Source of the DNA: an uncultured Chloroflexia bacterium
GTDB taxonomy: Bacteria > Chloroflexota > Limnocylindria > Limnocylindrales > CSP1-4
Direction of reading: 5' to 3'
DNA: 64,000 nucleotides
NCBI GenBank assembly: GCA_963707215.1
Contig: CAVPPB010000003.1
Span: 1,280,001-1,344,000 of the forward strand
Both the position numbers and the translations under genes were made by a program. Of the stretch, positions 49,826 through 59,699 are shown piece by piece. The stretch's first letter is position 1; every line of letters starts with the position of its first letter. The notes under the pieces are model-generated. The model saw only the letters and a program-made list of their open reading frames with translations. It had not been told where the DNA came from and ran no database searches.

Positions 49826-50965
49826 ATGTTGATCGCGTCGACGCTTGCCGCCTGCGGTAGCGCGTCCTCCACACCTGGGGGATCGGCGTCGCCCGACCCG
49901 GTGGCCGTCCTGCCGAGCCCGAGCCCGTCGCCGAGCCCGTCACCGAGTCCATCCCCCTCGCCCAGCCCATCACCGACACCCGAGCCGACGCCGGTCCTGG
50001 TCCCGGCACCGCTCACCGGTCGACCGGTCGCCCCCGAACTCACGCTGCGGCGGCCGATCGCGGTGATGGTCGACGACCTGCGGCCCGCCCGGCCGCAGTC
50101 CGGGTTCACCGACGCCTCGGTCGTCTGGCACGCCCCCGCCGAGGGAGGGATCCCTCGCTACATGATGGTCTTCGCCGAAGGCGATCCTCCGGCGGTCGGG
50201 CCGGTCCGCAGCTCCCGCGAGTACTACGTCGGCTGGGCGGCCGAATGGAACGCCCTGTATGTCCACGTCGGCGGGTCGCCCCAGTCGCTCCGGACGCTAC
50301 GGGAGAAGGGCAACGGCCAGCTCGTCTGGAACGCCGACGAGTTCCGCTGGGGCAAGTACTTCCGCCGGATCAAGGAGCGCTACGCCCCGCACAACGTCTA
50401 TACCGACGCGAAGCGCCTCCGCGCGCTCCTGGAGGCCGTCGGCGCCGGCGACCTGGACACGCCGCCGACGCCCGCGTGGTCGTTCGAGCCCGATCCCCCG
50501 GTCGCCGAGCGGCCCGAGGGCGGACGCATCGTCGTCCCCTACCCCTACAACGAGATCGTCTACACGTACGACCGGCGCACCAACACCTACCCACGAGCGG
50601 TCACCGGTGAGAAGGCCCAGGTCGACGCCACGACGAAGGTCCGCGTCGCCCCGAAGAGCGTCATCGTGATGTTCATGCGCTTCGGGCGACTGGACGACGG
50701 ACATCCCGAGAAGCGCCGCCTGGAGGCGGACTTCATCGGCACCGGCGAGGCGCTGATCGCGACCGGCGGGCGGACGATCGCGGGGACCTGGGAGAAGGCC
50801 TCGGCCACCGCGCCGACCCGCTTCCTCGATGCCGACGGCGAGCCGGTGACCCTGACGGTCGGCCAGACGTTCATCCAGGTGGTCACGACCGGGACCAAGG
50901 TGACCGTGAAGGACGGCCGCGTGCCGCCGCCGCCCAAGGACCCGGCAGCTTCGACGCTGCTCTAG
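49826..50965 (+). CDS. DUF3048-like lipoprotein with an (SP)n linker
   Basis: Lipobox LAAC, APLTG, ARPQSG, EGGIPR, GPVRS and APHNVY motifs. Confidence 0.8.
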   Translation: MLIASTLAACGSASSTPGGSASPDPVAVLPSPSPSPSPSPSPSPSPSPSPTPEPTPVLVPAPLTGRPVAPELTLRRPIAVMVDDLRPARPQSGFTDASVVWHAPAEGGIPRYMMVFAEGDPPAVGPVRSSREYYVGWAAEWNALYVHVGGSPQSLRTLREKGNGQLVWNADEFRWGKYFRRIKERYAPHNVYTDAKRLRALLEAVGAGDLDTPPTPAWSFEPDPPVAERPEGGRIVVPYPYNEIVYTYDRRTNTYPRAVTGEKAQVDATTKVRVAPKSVIVMFMRFGRLDDGHPEKRRLEADFIGTGEALIATGGRTIAGTWEKASATAPTRFLDADGEPVTLTVGQTFIQVVTTGTKVTVKDGRVPPPPKDPAASTLL

Positions 50966-51768
50966 GCTCCGGCCGACCCCGACCCGCCGCTCTCGTCGCC
51001 ACGCCGGCCCGTCCGACGCAGCCTGCCCAGGACCTCCTCGGCTCGCAGTTGGACGACGACGACGAGGGCCTCGGCGACGATCCGCCGGCTCATCTTGGAG
51101 GCGCCGACCCGACGGTCGCGGAAGACGATCGGGACCTCGCGGACCGCGGCCCCGGACCGGCTCGCCCGGTAGGTCATCTCGATCTGGAACACGTAGCCAC
51201 CAGCGTGAATCCCCTCGAACGGGATCGCCGCCAGCGTCGCTGCCCGCCAGGCCTTGAACCCGCCGGTCAGGTCGTGGGGCGAGAGGCCCAGGACGAGCCG
51301 GGCGAAGGTGCTGCCACCACGCGAGATCAACCGTCTGCCGAGGCCCCAGTCTTCGACGGCCCCGCCTCGCACGTAGCGCGACCCGATGACAAGGTCGGCC
51401 CCACCCATCTCGATCGGCTGGAGCAGGGTCGGCAGCGCAGCCGGGTCGTGCGACCAGTCGGCGTCCATCTGGACGACCCGTTCCGCGCCCCCACCGATCG
51501 CCACCCCGAAGCCGTCGAGGTAGGCGCGTCCCAGCCCCTTCTTGCCGGGTCGGTGATGGACCCGGATCCGGGGGTCCGCAGCGGCCAGCTCCTCGGCGAG
51601 TCGGCCGGTCCCGTCCGGCGATGCGTCGTCGACGACGAGCAACGTCGCTCCCGGGAGGACCTCGAGGATCCGGGCCGAGATGCCCGGCAGGTTGTCGGCC
51701 TCGTCGTACGTGGGCAGGACGACCCAGGTGCCGGCCCCGGCGACCGGCGTGGTCGATGCAGCACTCAT
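50962..51768 (-). CDS. Polyprenol monophosphomannose synthase (GT2)
   Basis: PTYDE, VDDASPDGTG, GLGRAY, QMDADWSH, GSRY and GYVFQIE motifs. Confidence 0.9.
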   Translation of the reverse strand: MSAASTTPVAGAGTWVVLPTYDEADNLPGISARILEVLPGATLLVVDDASPDGTGRLAEELAAADPRIRVHHRPGKKGLGRAYLDGFGVAIGGGAERVVQMDADWSHDPAALPTLLQPIEMGGADLVIGSRYVRGGAVEDWGLGRRLISRGGSTFARLVLGLSPHDLTGGFKAWRAATLAAIPFEGIHAGGYVFQIEMTYRASRSGAAVREVPIVFRDRRVGASKMSRRIVAEALVVVVQLRAEEVLGRLRRTGRRGDESGGSGSAGA

Positions 51769-51884
51769 GGGATGGCAGTGTACGGCCGCGATCCGGCATG
51801 ACGGCCGGGCGACCCAGCCCGAGGGCCCGGCTACGTCTCGCCGGCCTGATCCGGGCCGATGGGCCTGCGGCCGTCAGCGGTCCG

Positions 51885-54800
51885 CTAGCGCCCGCCCGCC
51901 GCCGACCGGGCCGCGCTGGCCACGGCATCCGACACGACACCGGTGCCGCCGAGGACGACGATCCGGGACGGCTTGAGGCGAGCGAGCTCGGTCGCGGTCG
52001 CCGCGGGCAGCGAGGTCGCCGAGGTCAGCAGGACGGGTCCCCCGGCACGGGCGGCGGCGACCGAGCCGGCCAGCGCGTCGGGGTAGTCCGTGCCGACCGC
52101 GAGGTAGGCGACCGGCACCCCGGGGGCGAAGCTGGCCGCGCTGACGGCCGCGGCGGTGGCGTAGCGGTCGGGACCGGCGAGCCGGCTGACGGTCTTCGTG
52201 GTGGCGTAGGCCCGGGCCGCGCTGGCCACGGCATCCGACACGACACCGGTGCCGCCGAGGACGACGATCCGGGACGGCTTGAGGCGAGCGAGCTCGGTCG
52301 CGGTCGCCGCGGGCAGCGAGGTCGCCGAGGTCAGCAGGACCGGTCCCCCGGCACGGGCGGCGGCGACCGAGCCGGCCAGCGCGTCGGGGTAGTCCGTGCC
52401 GACCGCGAGGTAGGCGACCGGCACCCCGGGGGCGAAGCTGGCCGCGCTGACGGCCGCGGCGGTGGCGTAGCGGTCGGGACCGGCGAGCCGGCTGACGGTC
52501 TTCGTGGTGGCGTAGGCCCGGGCCGCGCTGGCCACGGCATCCGACACGACACCGGTGCCGCCGAGGACGACGATCCGGGACGGCTTGAGGCGAGCGAGCT
52601 CGGTCGCGGTCGCCGCGGGCAGCGAGGTCGCCGAGGTCAGCAGGACCGGTCCCCCGGCACGGGCGGCGGCGACCGAGCCGGCCAGCGCGTCGGGGTAGTC
52701 CGTGCCGACCGCGAGGTAGGCGACCGGCACCCCGGGGGCGAAGCTGGCCGCGCTGACGGCCGCGGCGGTGGCGTAGCGGTCGGGACCGGCGAGTCGGCTG
52801 ACCGGCAAGCGGTCCACCCTGACCGAGTACCGGGCGATCGTGTCTGCCGTGACCGGGACCGGCGAGGGAGCCGCGTAGGTCACGCTTCCGGCCGTGCCGA
52901 CGAGCTGCAGGACGTACGTCCCATCCGGCAGCGGGCCGGCAGCGGTCCGTGCGTCCCAGGCCATCGCCTGGCGGCCGGCCGCCCGCCCGGACAGGGACAG
53001 GGTCCCCGCCAGTGACCCGTCGGGTCGATGGACCCGAAGGGTCAGCGAATCGAGGCCGACGGCATTGGTCCAGGCCAGGGTGACAGTGTCGCCGACGCCG
53101 TCACCGTTCGGCGAGACCGTCGGTGGCGAGGCGGGTGCGGCGGCGGCCGCCGCGCTGCTCCCGATCGACAGGCCATGGATGCCGGCCTTGACCACGGTCA
53201 CGTTCGGCGGCTGGCGCGGCACCAGGTAGGTCGATCCGTTCCCCGAGGCCGCCACCCAGAACCCGTCCTCGACTGCGGTCACCGGGGCCCACTCGCGCAG
53301 CGGCCCGCGGACGCGGTACCAGGTGTAGCCATCTGCCGTCGCCGGGCCACCGGTCAGCAGCAGGGTGTCGCCGGCCGACAGGGTGCCCAGCTGGGTCGCA
53401 CTCGTGTCCGGGCCCGCGCGCATGCGGAGACCGGTCGTCGTGACGCGCCCGAAGGCGCCGACGGCCAGCGATGCCGGCGTGCCCCCGCTCGAGGTCACGT
53501 CCCAGGCCGAGAGGTTGCCTTTGACGTCGCGGGCTCGTGCCCGGAAGGCGAACCGGCCGCCCTCGGCACCGAGGTAGACACCGCCGCCGGACGAGGTGCC
53601 GGTGAGCCAGGTCTGCCAGGCGCCGCCGTTGGTGGCGACCTGCACGTCGTACGAGGCGATGGCGTTGTCGTCGTAGGCGCTCCATGTCACGCGGAAGCCC
53701 TCGGACGACTGGCTGGTCGGCAGGACGTCGATGCCGACCACCGGGGGCGTCGTGTCGTCGACGAACTTCTGGCGCAGGAGGCGATAGAGCTCGGGGCGGG
53801 TGCCGTCGTACCCGAGCGCCCACATCCCGACGCCGCGAAGCCCTCGTCGGTTGACCAGGTCGTACTTGGCTCCCAGGGCCTGGACGTCGTCGACGTACAG
53901 CTGGCGCCAGCAGCTGCCCGTGCACGAGTCCGTGTGATAGAGGGTCCAGGCGACCTGCTCGAGAGCGTCGTAGCGGCGTCCATTGGCCGCCAGGTAGTCC
54001 ATGGCCGAGCCATATACGACAGCGCTCGAGTAGCCATATGTCGATCCGGAGATGTTGCGGGCGTTCAGCGCGCTGGAGTCGGTCGACCAGGCCCGTCCGT
54101 AGTAGGGCACCCCGAGGATGAGCTTGCTGGCCGGCACCCTTGCCAGGTAGGCGTCGAGGGTGTCGGCGATGTCGTACCTCGGTCCGGCCAGTGGCGCGAT
54201 CGAGCCGACCGGCGACGAGCCGGACCCTCGGTAGTCGTAGCCCATGATGAAGATCGCGTCGGCGCCCCCCGGCGCGGTCGCCGCCTCGAGCGGATAGTTC
54301 CCGATGTAGCCGGTCGTGTCGAAGGTCAGCTGGTAGCCGGGAGTGATGGCATCGAGCTCGCGGCGGACCTCCCGGACGAAGGTCGCGAACTCGTCGGCGT
54401 AGCCGGACACGATCGGCTCGAAGTCGAGGTTGATGCCGTCGGCCCCTCGGTCGCGGACGGCTGCCGCGGCCTGGCGGGCGAGATTGAGGCGCGCGCTCGG
54501 GTCGCCGAGCAGGGCCGCCTGGGTGTTGCGCTGAGAATCCGTCCACGCGAAGACCGAGACCGTCAGGACGACCCGCGAGCCGGCCCGGTGGGCAGCGTTG
54601 ATGATCGAGGTCATCTTCGAACTGGTCCAGCCGGTCCAGCCGGTCGAGGTGCCCTTGATCAGGTCGCCGGCCCTGGTGGCGCCGACGCTGAAGTAGGCGA
54701 TCGTCGAGAGGACGTCGTAGTCGAGCGTCGTCGACGCATCGCTGACCTCCCAGTACGGCAGGAATCCGAAGACCTCGCGCCGAAGGCCCGCGAGAGCGGT

Positions 54801-55328
54801 CGGAACCAGGGCCTCCCCGTCGTGCGGGACCAGGAACGAGGCGCCCTCAGCGTCGACGATCCCGGCCGGGTCGACGATCGACTCATCAGGGGCGAACGTC
54901 CCGGGGACCTGGCTCGGGTCGGCCGACGGGGCCGGCGAGGCGTCCGACGGTCCCTCAGCCGCAGGGTCGCCCGACACGTCGGTCGGGCCACCCAGGGGAG
55001 ACCAGCGCGCTCCCTGCGGCGTGGCCGCCATCTCGATGCCCGATGCCCGACCTGCTGGCAGGGCCCGGGCCGGCAGGCCGCCGATGAGCGTGCGGTCGCC
55101 GCTTCGCGGCTGGAAGCCGACGGTCACCCGGTCACCCGGAACGAAGGTGATCGGATCGTCGGCGTGGGCGAGCCATTCCTCGTAGTGGACCGACGGGGCC
55201 ACCGGTCGATCGACGGCTGTCGGGTCTGCGGCCCGGGCGACCCCCGTCGGCAGCGAGCCGAGCGCCACCAGCAGCCCGACGACGAGGAGGACGAGCGAGC
55301 GAGCGAGCGGGCGGGCGGGCGTCGACAA
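51885..55328 (-). CDS. Secreted GH18 glycoside hydrolase with FnIII-like, SH3b, FlgD-Ig and three CWB2 repeats
   Basis: Signal peptide; DGINLDFE catalytic motif, MGYDY, LGVPYYG; RLAGPDRYATAAAVS...YPDALAG...PVLL three times. Confidence 0.88.
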   Translation of the reverse strand: MSTPARPLARSLVLLVVGLLVALGSLPTGVARAADPTAVDRPVAPSVHYEEWLAHADDPITFVPGDRVTVGFQPRSGDRTLIGGLPARALPAGRASGIEMAATPQGARWSPLGGPTDVSGDPAAEGPSDASPAPSADPSQVPGTFAPDESIVDPAGIVDAEGASFLVPHDGEALVPTALAGLRREVFGFLPYWEVSDASTTLDYDVLSTIAYFSVGATRAGDLIKGTSTGWTGWTSSKMTSIINAAHRAGSRVVLTVSVFAWTDSQRNTQAALLGDPSARLNLARQAAAAVRDRGADGINLDFEPIVSGYADEFATFVREVRRELDAITPGYQLTFDTTGYIGNYPLEAATAPGGADAIFIMGYDYRGSGSSPVGSIAPLAGPRYDIADTLDAYLARVPASKLILGVPYYGRAWSTDSSALNARNISGSTYGYSSAVVYGSAMDYLAANGRRYDALEQVAWTLYHTDSCTGSCWRQLYVDDVQALGAKYDLVNRRGLRGVGMWALGYDGTRPELYRLLRQKFVDDTTPPVVGIDVLPTSQSSEGFRVTWSAYDDNAIASYDVQVATNGGAWQTWLTGTSSGGGVYLGAEGGRFAFRARARDVKGNLSAWDVTSSGGTPASLAVGAFGRVTTTGLRMRAGPDTSATQLGTLSAGDTLLLTGGPATADGYTWYRVRGPLREWAPVTAVEDGFWVAASGNGSTYLVPRQPPNVTVVKAGIHGLSIGSSAAAAAAPASPPTVSPNGDGVGDTVTLAWTNAVGLDSLTLRVHRPDGSLAGTLSLSGRAAGRQAMAWDARTAAGPLPDGTYVLQLVGTAGSVTYAAPSPVPVTADTIARYSVRVDRLPVSRLAGPDRYATAAAVSAASFAPGVPVAYLAVGTDYPDALAGSVAAARAGGPVLLTSATSLPAATATELARLKPSRIVVLGGTGVVSDAVASAARAYATTKTVSRLAGPDRYATAAAVSAASFAPGVPVAYLAVGTDYPDALAGSVAAARAGGPVLLTSATSLPAATATELARLKPSRIVVLGGTGVVSDAVASAARAYATTKTVSRLAGPDRYATAAAVSAASFAPGVPVAYLAVGTDYPDALAGSVAAARAGGPVLLTSATSLPAATATELARLKPSRIVVLGGTGVVSDAVASAARSAAGGR
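51906..52803. repeat. Three near-identical 306-bp tandem repeats (CWB2)
   Basis: Units start at 51907, 52213 and 52519. Confidence 0.95.
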
Positions 55329-55621
55329 GCGATGGTCCTCCGGGGGCAGGCGCCGTGGGCGGCGGAGACGGCGTCGAAGGGTCCCGACCCGGGGCCGTCG
55401 ACCGCAGGAGGGAGTGTCGACCCTGGGCGTCGTCGGGCCTATCGGTCGATGGTCATGCTAGCGGCCCGTACGAGATGGTGCGGTGGAGTACCGGGCGGTC
55501 GGCGGACGAAGGGTGGGGAGCGGACCACTCCGGTGGCGTCAGAGGTCGTCGGGGATCGTCAACCTGCAGCCGGGCCTGCGAGCGCGACCGGGCGCCAGGT
55601 CAGGCAGCGATCCGCTGGCGG

Positions 55622-57905
55622 CTACGGGACCTCGTACCGCGCGAGGGCCGCCTTGACCGCGTCGGTCACGACGCCGGTCCCGCCGAGGACGACGATCCGA
55701 GCGGGCTTGAGGCGGCCGAGCTCGGTCGCGGTGGCGGTCGGGATGGTGTCCCTCGTGACGAGCAGGACCGGGGCCCCGGCGCTGCCGGCGGCGGCGCTGC
55801 CGGCGAGGGCGTCGGGGAAGTTCGCCCCGGTGGCCACGTAGGCGACGGCGACCCCCGGGCCGAAGGAGGCCGCGCTGATCGCCGCGGCGGTCGCGTAGCG
55901 GTCGGCCCCGGCGAGGCGGCTGACCGAGCCGGCGGTGTACCGCGCGAGGGCCGCCTTGACCGCGTCGGTCACGACGGCGGTCGCCGCCGAGGACGACGAT
56001 CCGAGCGGGCTTGAGGCGGCCGAGCTCGGTCGCGGTGGCGGTCGGGATGGTGTCCCTCGTGACGAGCAGGACCGGGGCCCCGGCGCTGCCGGCGGCGGCG
56101 CTGCCGGCGAGGGCGTCGGGGAAGTTCGCCCCGGTGGCCACGTAGGCGACGGCGACCCCCGGGCCGAAGGAGGCCGCGCTGATCGCCGCGGCGGTCGCGT
56201 AGCGGTCGGCCCCGGCGAGGCGGCTGACCGAGCCGGCGGTGTACCGCGCGAGGGCCGCCTTGACCGCGTCGGTCACGACGCCGGCGCCGCCGAGGACGAC
56301 GATCCGAGCGGGCTTGAGGCGGCCGAGCTCGGTCGCGGTGGCGGTCGGGATGGTGTCCCTCGTGACGAGCAGGACCGGGGCCCCGGCGCTGCCGGCGGCG
56401 GCGCTGCCGGCGAGGGCATCGGGGAAGTTCGCCCCGGTGGCCACGTAGGCGACGGCGACCCCCGGGCCGAAGGAGGCCGCGCTGATCGCCGCGGCGGTCG
56501 CGTAGCGGTCGGCCCCGGCGAGGCGGCGATCCGTCCGACTGTCGACGATGACCGCCCCGGTGCGATCGAGCGGCTCGTTGCCCCAGTCGTCGACGGCCGT
56601 CACGACCCACCGATAGACACCATCGGGGACCTTGGAGCCGCCCTTGGTCCCGTCCCAGGCGAGGGTCGCGGACGTGCCGGACCCCTTCGCTGCGACGATG
56701 GTGGACCCGGACGCATCGACGACCTTCGCCGTCCAGGCGACGTCCTCCGAGAACCGCCCCTCGATCCGGAGCGTGTCCGTCGTGCCGTCGCCATTCGGGG
56801 TGATGACGATCGTCTCGGGAACACCCCAGAGCTGCGGCCCGAGGCTGTCCCGGGGGACGAGGTCGGTGGTGATCATGTGACCGGCGACCGACCCATCGAG
56901 CGTCTCCACCTCGAGGATCCGGGCCCCTTCGGCGACCGCGCCGGCATCGTCGTTGACCCGCAGGCGGGTGCCGGCGGCCAGGGTCGCGGTCGGCTCGGCG
57001 GCGACATCGGCAGAGTCGTACACCGGTGCCCCGTCGACATCGACCGAGGCCGCCCCGGGCACGACGAAGTCCGACGGGTCCGATCCGGTCTCGGCGAACG
57101 CGCCCCCGGTCACGTCGGTCGTGGTCAGGCCGGGCTGGCCGACCAGCGAGCGGTAGAACCCCTTCGTCGGGCTGTCCGGGTCCGACCAGGACACGAACCC
57201 AGAGCTTCGCGCCGACGACCAGCTCGCCGCGTTGCCGTTGGCGGCCGGGTGACCCTTCCAGGCCGCCTCCACCGTCTGGCGGGTCGTGAAGAGGGCCCGG
57301 AACCACCAGCCGGCACCGTAGTGGGCGTCGGCGATGACCGCGCGCGCGCCCGCCTTCAGGAACCCGGCGGCGTAGTTGTCGATCCGCTGTCGTGCCACGG
57401 AGACCGACGGCTCGGCGTGGCCCGGCTCCGAGTTGCCCGAGGCGTAGCAGAGGTGGTTCAGGATGACCAGCGCGTTGGGTGCGAGGTCGATCTCCTTGGC
57501 GATGTACGACTCGCCGTAGTAGGTGTTGTTGTAGTCGCCCTGGCCGGCCGCCTTGTTCAGGCCGAAGCCGTTCTGCTTGAGAGGGTTGAGCGTGCTGCTG
57601 TACGGGCTCGGGAAGCCGTTGCCATGCCCCAGGTACAGGACGACCGAGGCCCCCTGGAGGGCGGACCGAACGGCGCCCCACGTCGCGTTCGGGCTGTAGA
57701 CACGGACGACGTTCGAGGAGTACTTGACGGCCTCCGCATAGGCCTCGTCGGCCCGTGAGCGATACGCCGAGGTCGAGCTGTGGGTGGCGCCGACGATGAT
57801 GACGATCTTCGGGTCGATGGGCTCGGCGGCGTTCGTCGTCGGGACCGAGGGCATGACGAGGCCAGCGACGATGAGACCAAGGGCGATCAGGAGGGACCGG
57901 CGCAA
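55622..57905 (-). CDS. Secreted protein: putative His-Cys peptidase domain, SH3-like, FlgD-Ig and three CWB2 repeats; frameshift at about 55975-55983
   Basis: TTG at 57905 after GGAG; YLGHGNG and NHLCYA motifs; RLAGADRYATAAAIS...NFPDALAG three times; the last repeat is in ORF 55622..55972. Confidence 0.8.
55634..56527. repeat. Three near-identical 303-bp tandem repeats (CWB2)
   Basis: Units start at 55634, 55937 and 56241 (the middle unit has one extra base). Confidence 0.95.
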
Positions 57906-58164
57906 GAGGGACTCCAGGTGGTCGATCCGCTCGCATCGAAACGGCGGCTCGACTGGGCAGGCGATGACGATGCAGCGAGCGTGCGTCGCGCGACCCGGCC
58001 CCTCAATCGCGGGATGGTCCGGGCCCGGCATAGGCCCACCGTCCCGGAGACGGGCGTTGCGGGCGGGTCGGGGGACGTGCAGGTGCGTCGGGCGGGTCGG
58101 GGATCGCGATCCGCGGTGCGGCCCGGCACCCCGGCTCCGCCCCGCTCACGCGGCTGCCCGGGGC

Positions 58165-58752
58165 TCAGCCTCGGAGACGCTGCACCAATGTCGCCAGGGA
58201 TGGGCTATCGCGGTCCCGGTCCGACAGGATCGGGCGACCGTCGGCGGTCACCCTCACCGCGGGCCAGGGCACGGCGGCCAGCGGGTCGTCCCAGGCGAAC
58301 CCCAGCTCATCCGTCCCGTCGTACTCGCCCGTGACGAGGTAGAGCAGGGTCAGGGGCTCCAGGGCCAGGAAGCCGTGGGCGACACCGACGGGGATCGATA
58401 GCCATCCGTCGCGCGACAGCTCCATCGTGTCGACGACGGGCCTGGCGGCGTCGTGGAGCATCGGTCGGACGTCGACGAGGGCCACGAAGGCTCGACCGTC
58501 GAGGACGACCCAGTGGTCCAGCTGACGCCCGTGGACGTGCAGCCCGCGCAACACGCCCGGCGCCGAGGTGGAGACGTTCGCCTGGACGAACCGGGGGTCA
58601 GGCCCCGCGGCCTCCGGATCCAGCCGGCCGTACCAGCTGTCCCGCCAGACCTCGCGGAAGGTGCCTCGATCGTCCCCATGGGGCCGAAGACGACCGACCC
58701 GGACACCGGCGATCCGGGCGTCGCCGGAGGAGGATCCGGCCGGTGCCGTCAT
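58165..58752 (-). CDS. rmlC: dTDP-4-dehydrorhamnose 3,5-epimerase
   Basis: DDRGTFRE, QANVS, GVLRGLH and GVAHGF motifs. Confidence 0.92.
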   Translation of the reverse strand: MTAPAGSSSGDARIAGVRVGRLRPHGDDRGTFREVWRDSWYGRLDPEAAGPDPRFVQANVSTSAPGVLRGLHVHGRQLDHWVVLDGRAFVALVDVRPMLHDAARPVVDTMELSRDGWLSIPVGVAHGFLALEPLTLLYLVTGEYDGTDELGFAWDDPLAAVPWPAVRVTADGRPILSDRDRDSPSLATLVQRLRG

Positions 58753-59699
58753 CGCCCGGCCGCCTGAGCCGACCGGCGCCAGGCGAGATCGTCGGCCAAC
58801 GCCTCCGGCCATGGGCGCATCGGCTCGCCGGACGGCAGCGGCGTAGGCTCCAGGACGGCCCACATCGGTGGCGTCGAGGCGCGGTGCCAGGCGGCGGCGG
58901 GGATCTCCTGGATCGGCACGCCGGGAGCGAGCGCATCGAGGACGGCCCGGGCCCAGCCGGCTCGCGAGACGACGCCGGCATTCACGCAGTGGTGGATCCC
59001 CCCGAATCGCGGGGCTCCGATCAACTCGACGATGGCTTCGGCGAGGTCGGCGCTCCGGGTCGGCTGGCCGTACTCGTCGCCGACCACCCGGAGCGGCTCG
59101 CCCGCGGCTTGCGCTCGCCCGGCTGCAGCGACGATGCGGGCCGGGAAGTCGTCCCCCGGGGGACCGTACAGCCAGGCCGTCCGGACGATCGCCAGCTGCG
59201 GGTCGGAGGCGACCCGGTCGACCGGCACGAACGGGCCGGGACGGGTCCCGGTGAACGTCTCGTAGGCGTCGGTCGCGGCCCGCTCCCCGGCCAGCTTGCT
59301 CCGGCCGTACGGATTCGGCGGATCCGGCGGGTCTCCCGCCCCGTACGAGCGACCATCGGTGCGGGTCCCCGGGAAGACCTCGTTGGTGGAGACGACGACG
59401 AGATCGATCCCCTGCGCAGCGCAGGCCCGGGCAAGCGCACCGACCGCCGCGCCGTTGCGAGCCAGGGCGAGCTCGGGCTCCCTGGCGCAGGCGTCGACGT
59501 CGGTCCACGCGGCGGCGTGGACGACGACCTCGGGTCGATCCTCCACCAGGAGGGGGCCGAACCCATCGGGACGGTCGAGATCGAACGCGCGCCGGTCCCA
59601 GCCGAGCGGCCCCGAAGGACCGGTGAAGGGTGCCTCCTCGAGCGCCTCGATGAGCGCCCTGCCGAGGCGGCCGGACGACCCGGTGACGGCGACCCGCAC
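58749..59699 (-). CDS. rmlD: dTDP-4-dehydrorhamnose reductase
   Basis: TGSSGRLG, AAWTDVDAC, STNEVF, YGRSKLAGE and RTAWLYG motifs. Confidence 0.9.
   Translation of the reverse strand: MRVAVTGSSGRLGRALIEALEEAPFTGPSGPLGWDRRAFDLDRPDGFGPLLVEDRPEVVVHAAAWTDVDACAREPELALARNGAAVGALARACAAQGIDLVVVSTNEVFPGTRTDGRSYGAGDPPDPPNPYGRSKLAGERAATDAYETFTGTRPGPFVPVDRVASDPQLAIVRTAWLYGPPGDDFPARIVAAAGRAQAAGEPLRVVGDEYGQPTRSADLAEAIVELIGAPRFGGIHHCVNAGVVSRAGWARAVLDALAPGVPIQEIPAAAWHRASTPPMWAVLEPTPLPSGEPMRPWPEALADDLAWRRSAQAAGR

Noticed and set aside
31290-55841. Very long antisense or alternative-frame ORFs (e.g. 31290..33881 +, 53028..55841 +; also 2311..4647 - and 14302..16422 +)
   Set aside because: Shadow ORFs expected at high GC; they overlap well-supported genes and have no recognisable motifs.
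51906-56527. Long tandem repeats as a possible CRISPR array or mobile element
   Set aside because: Units are about 300 bp, in-frame CWB2 coding repeats with no unique spacers and no cas genes.
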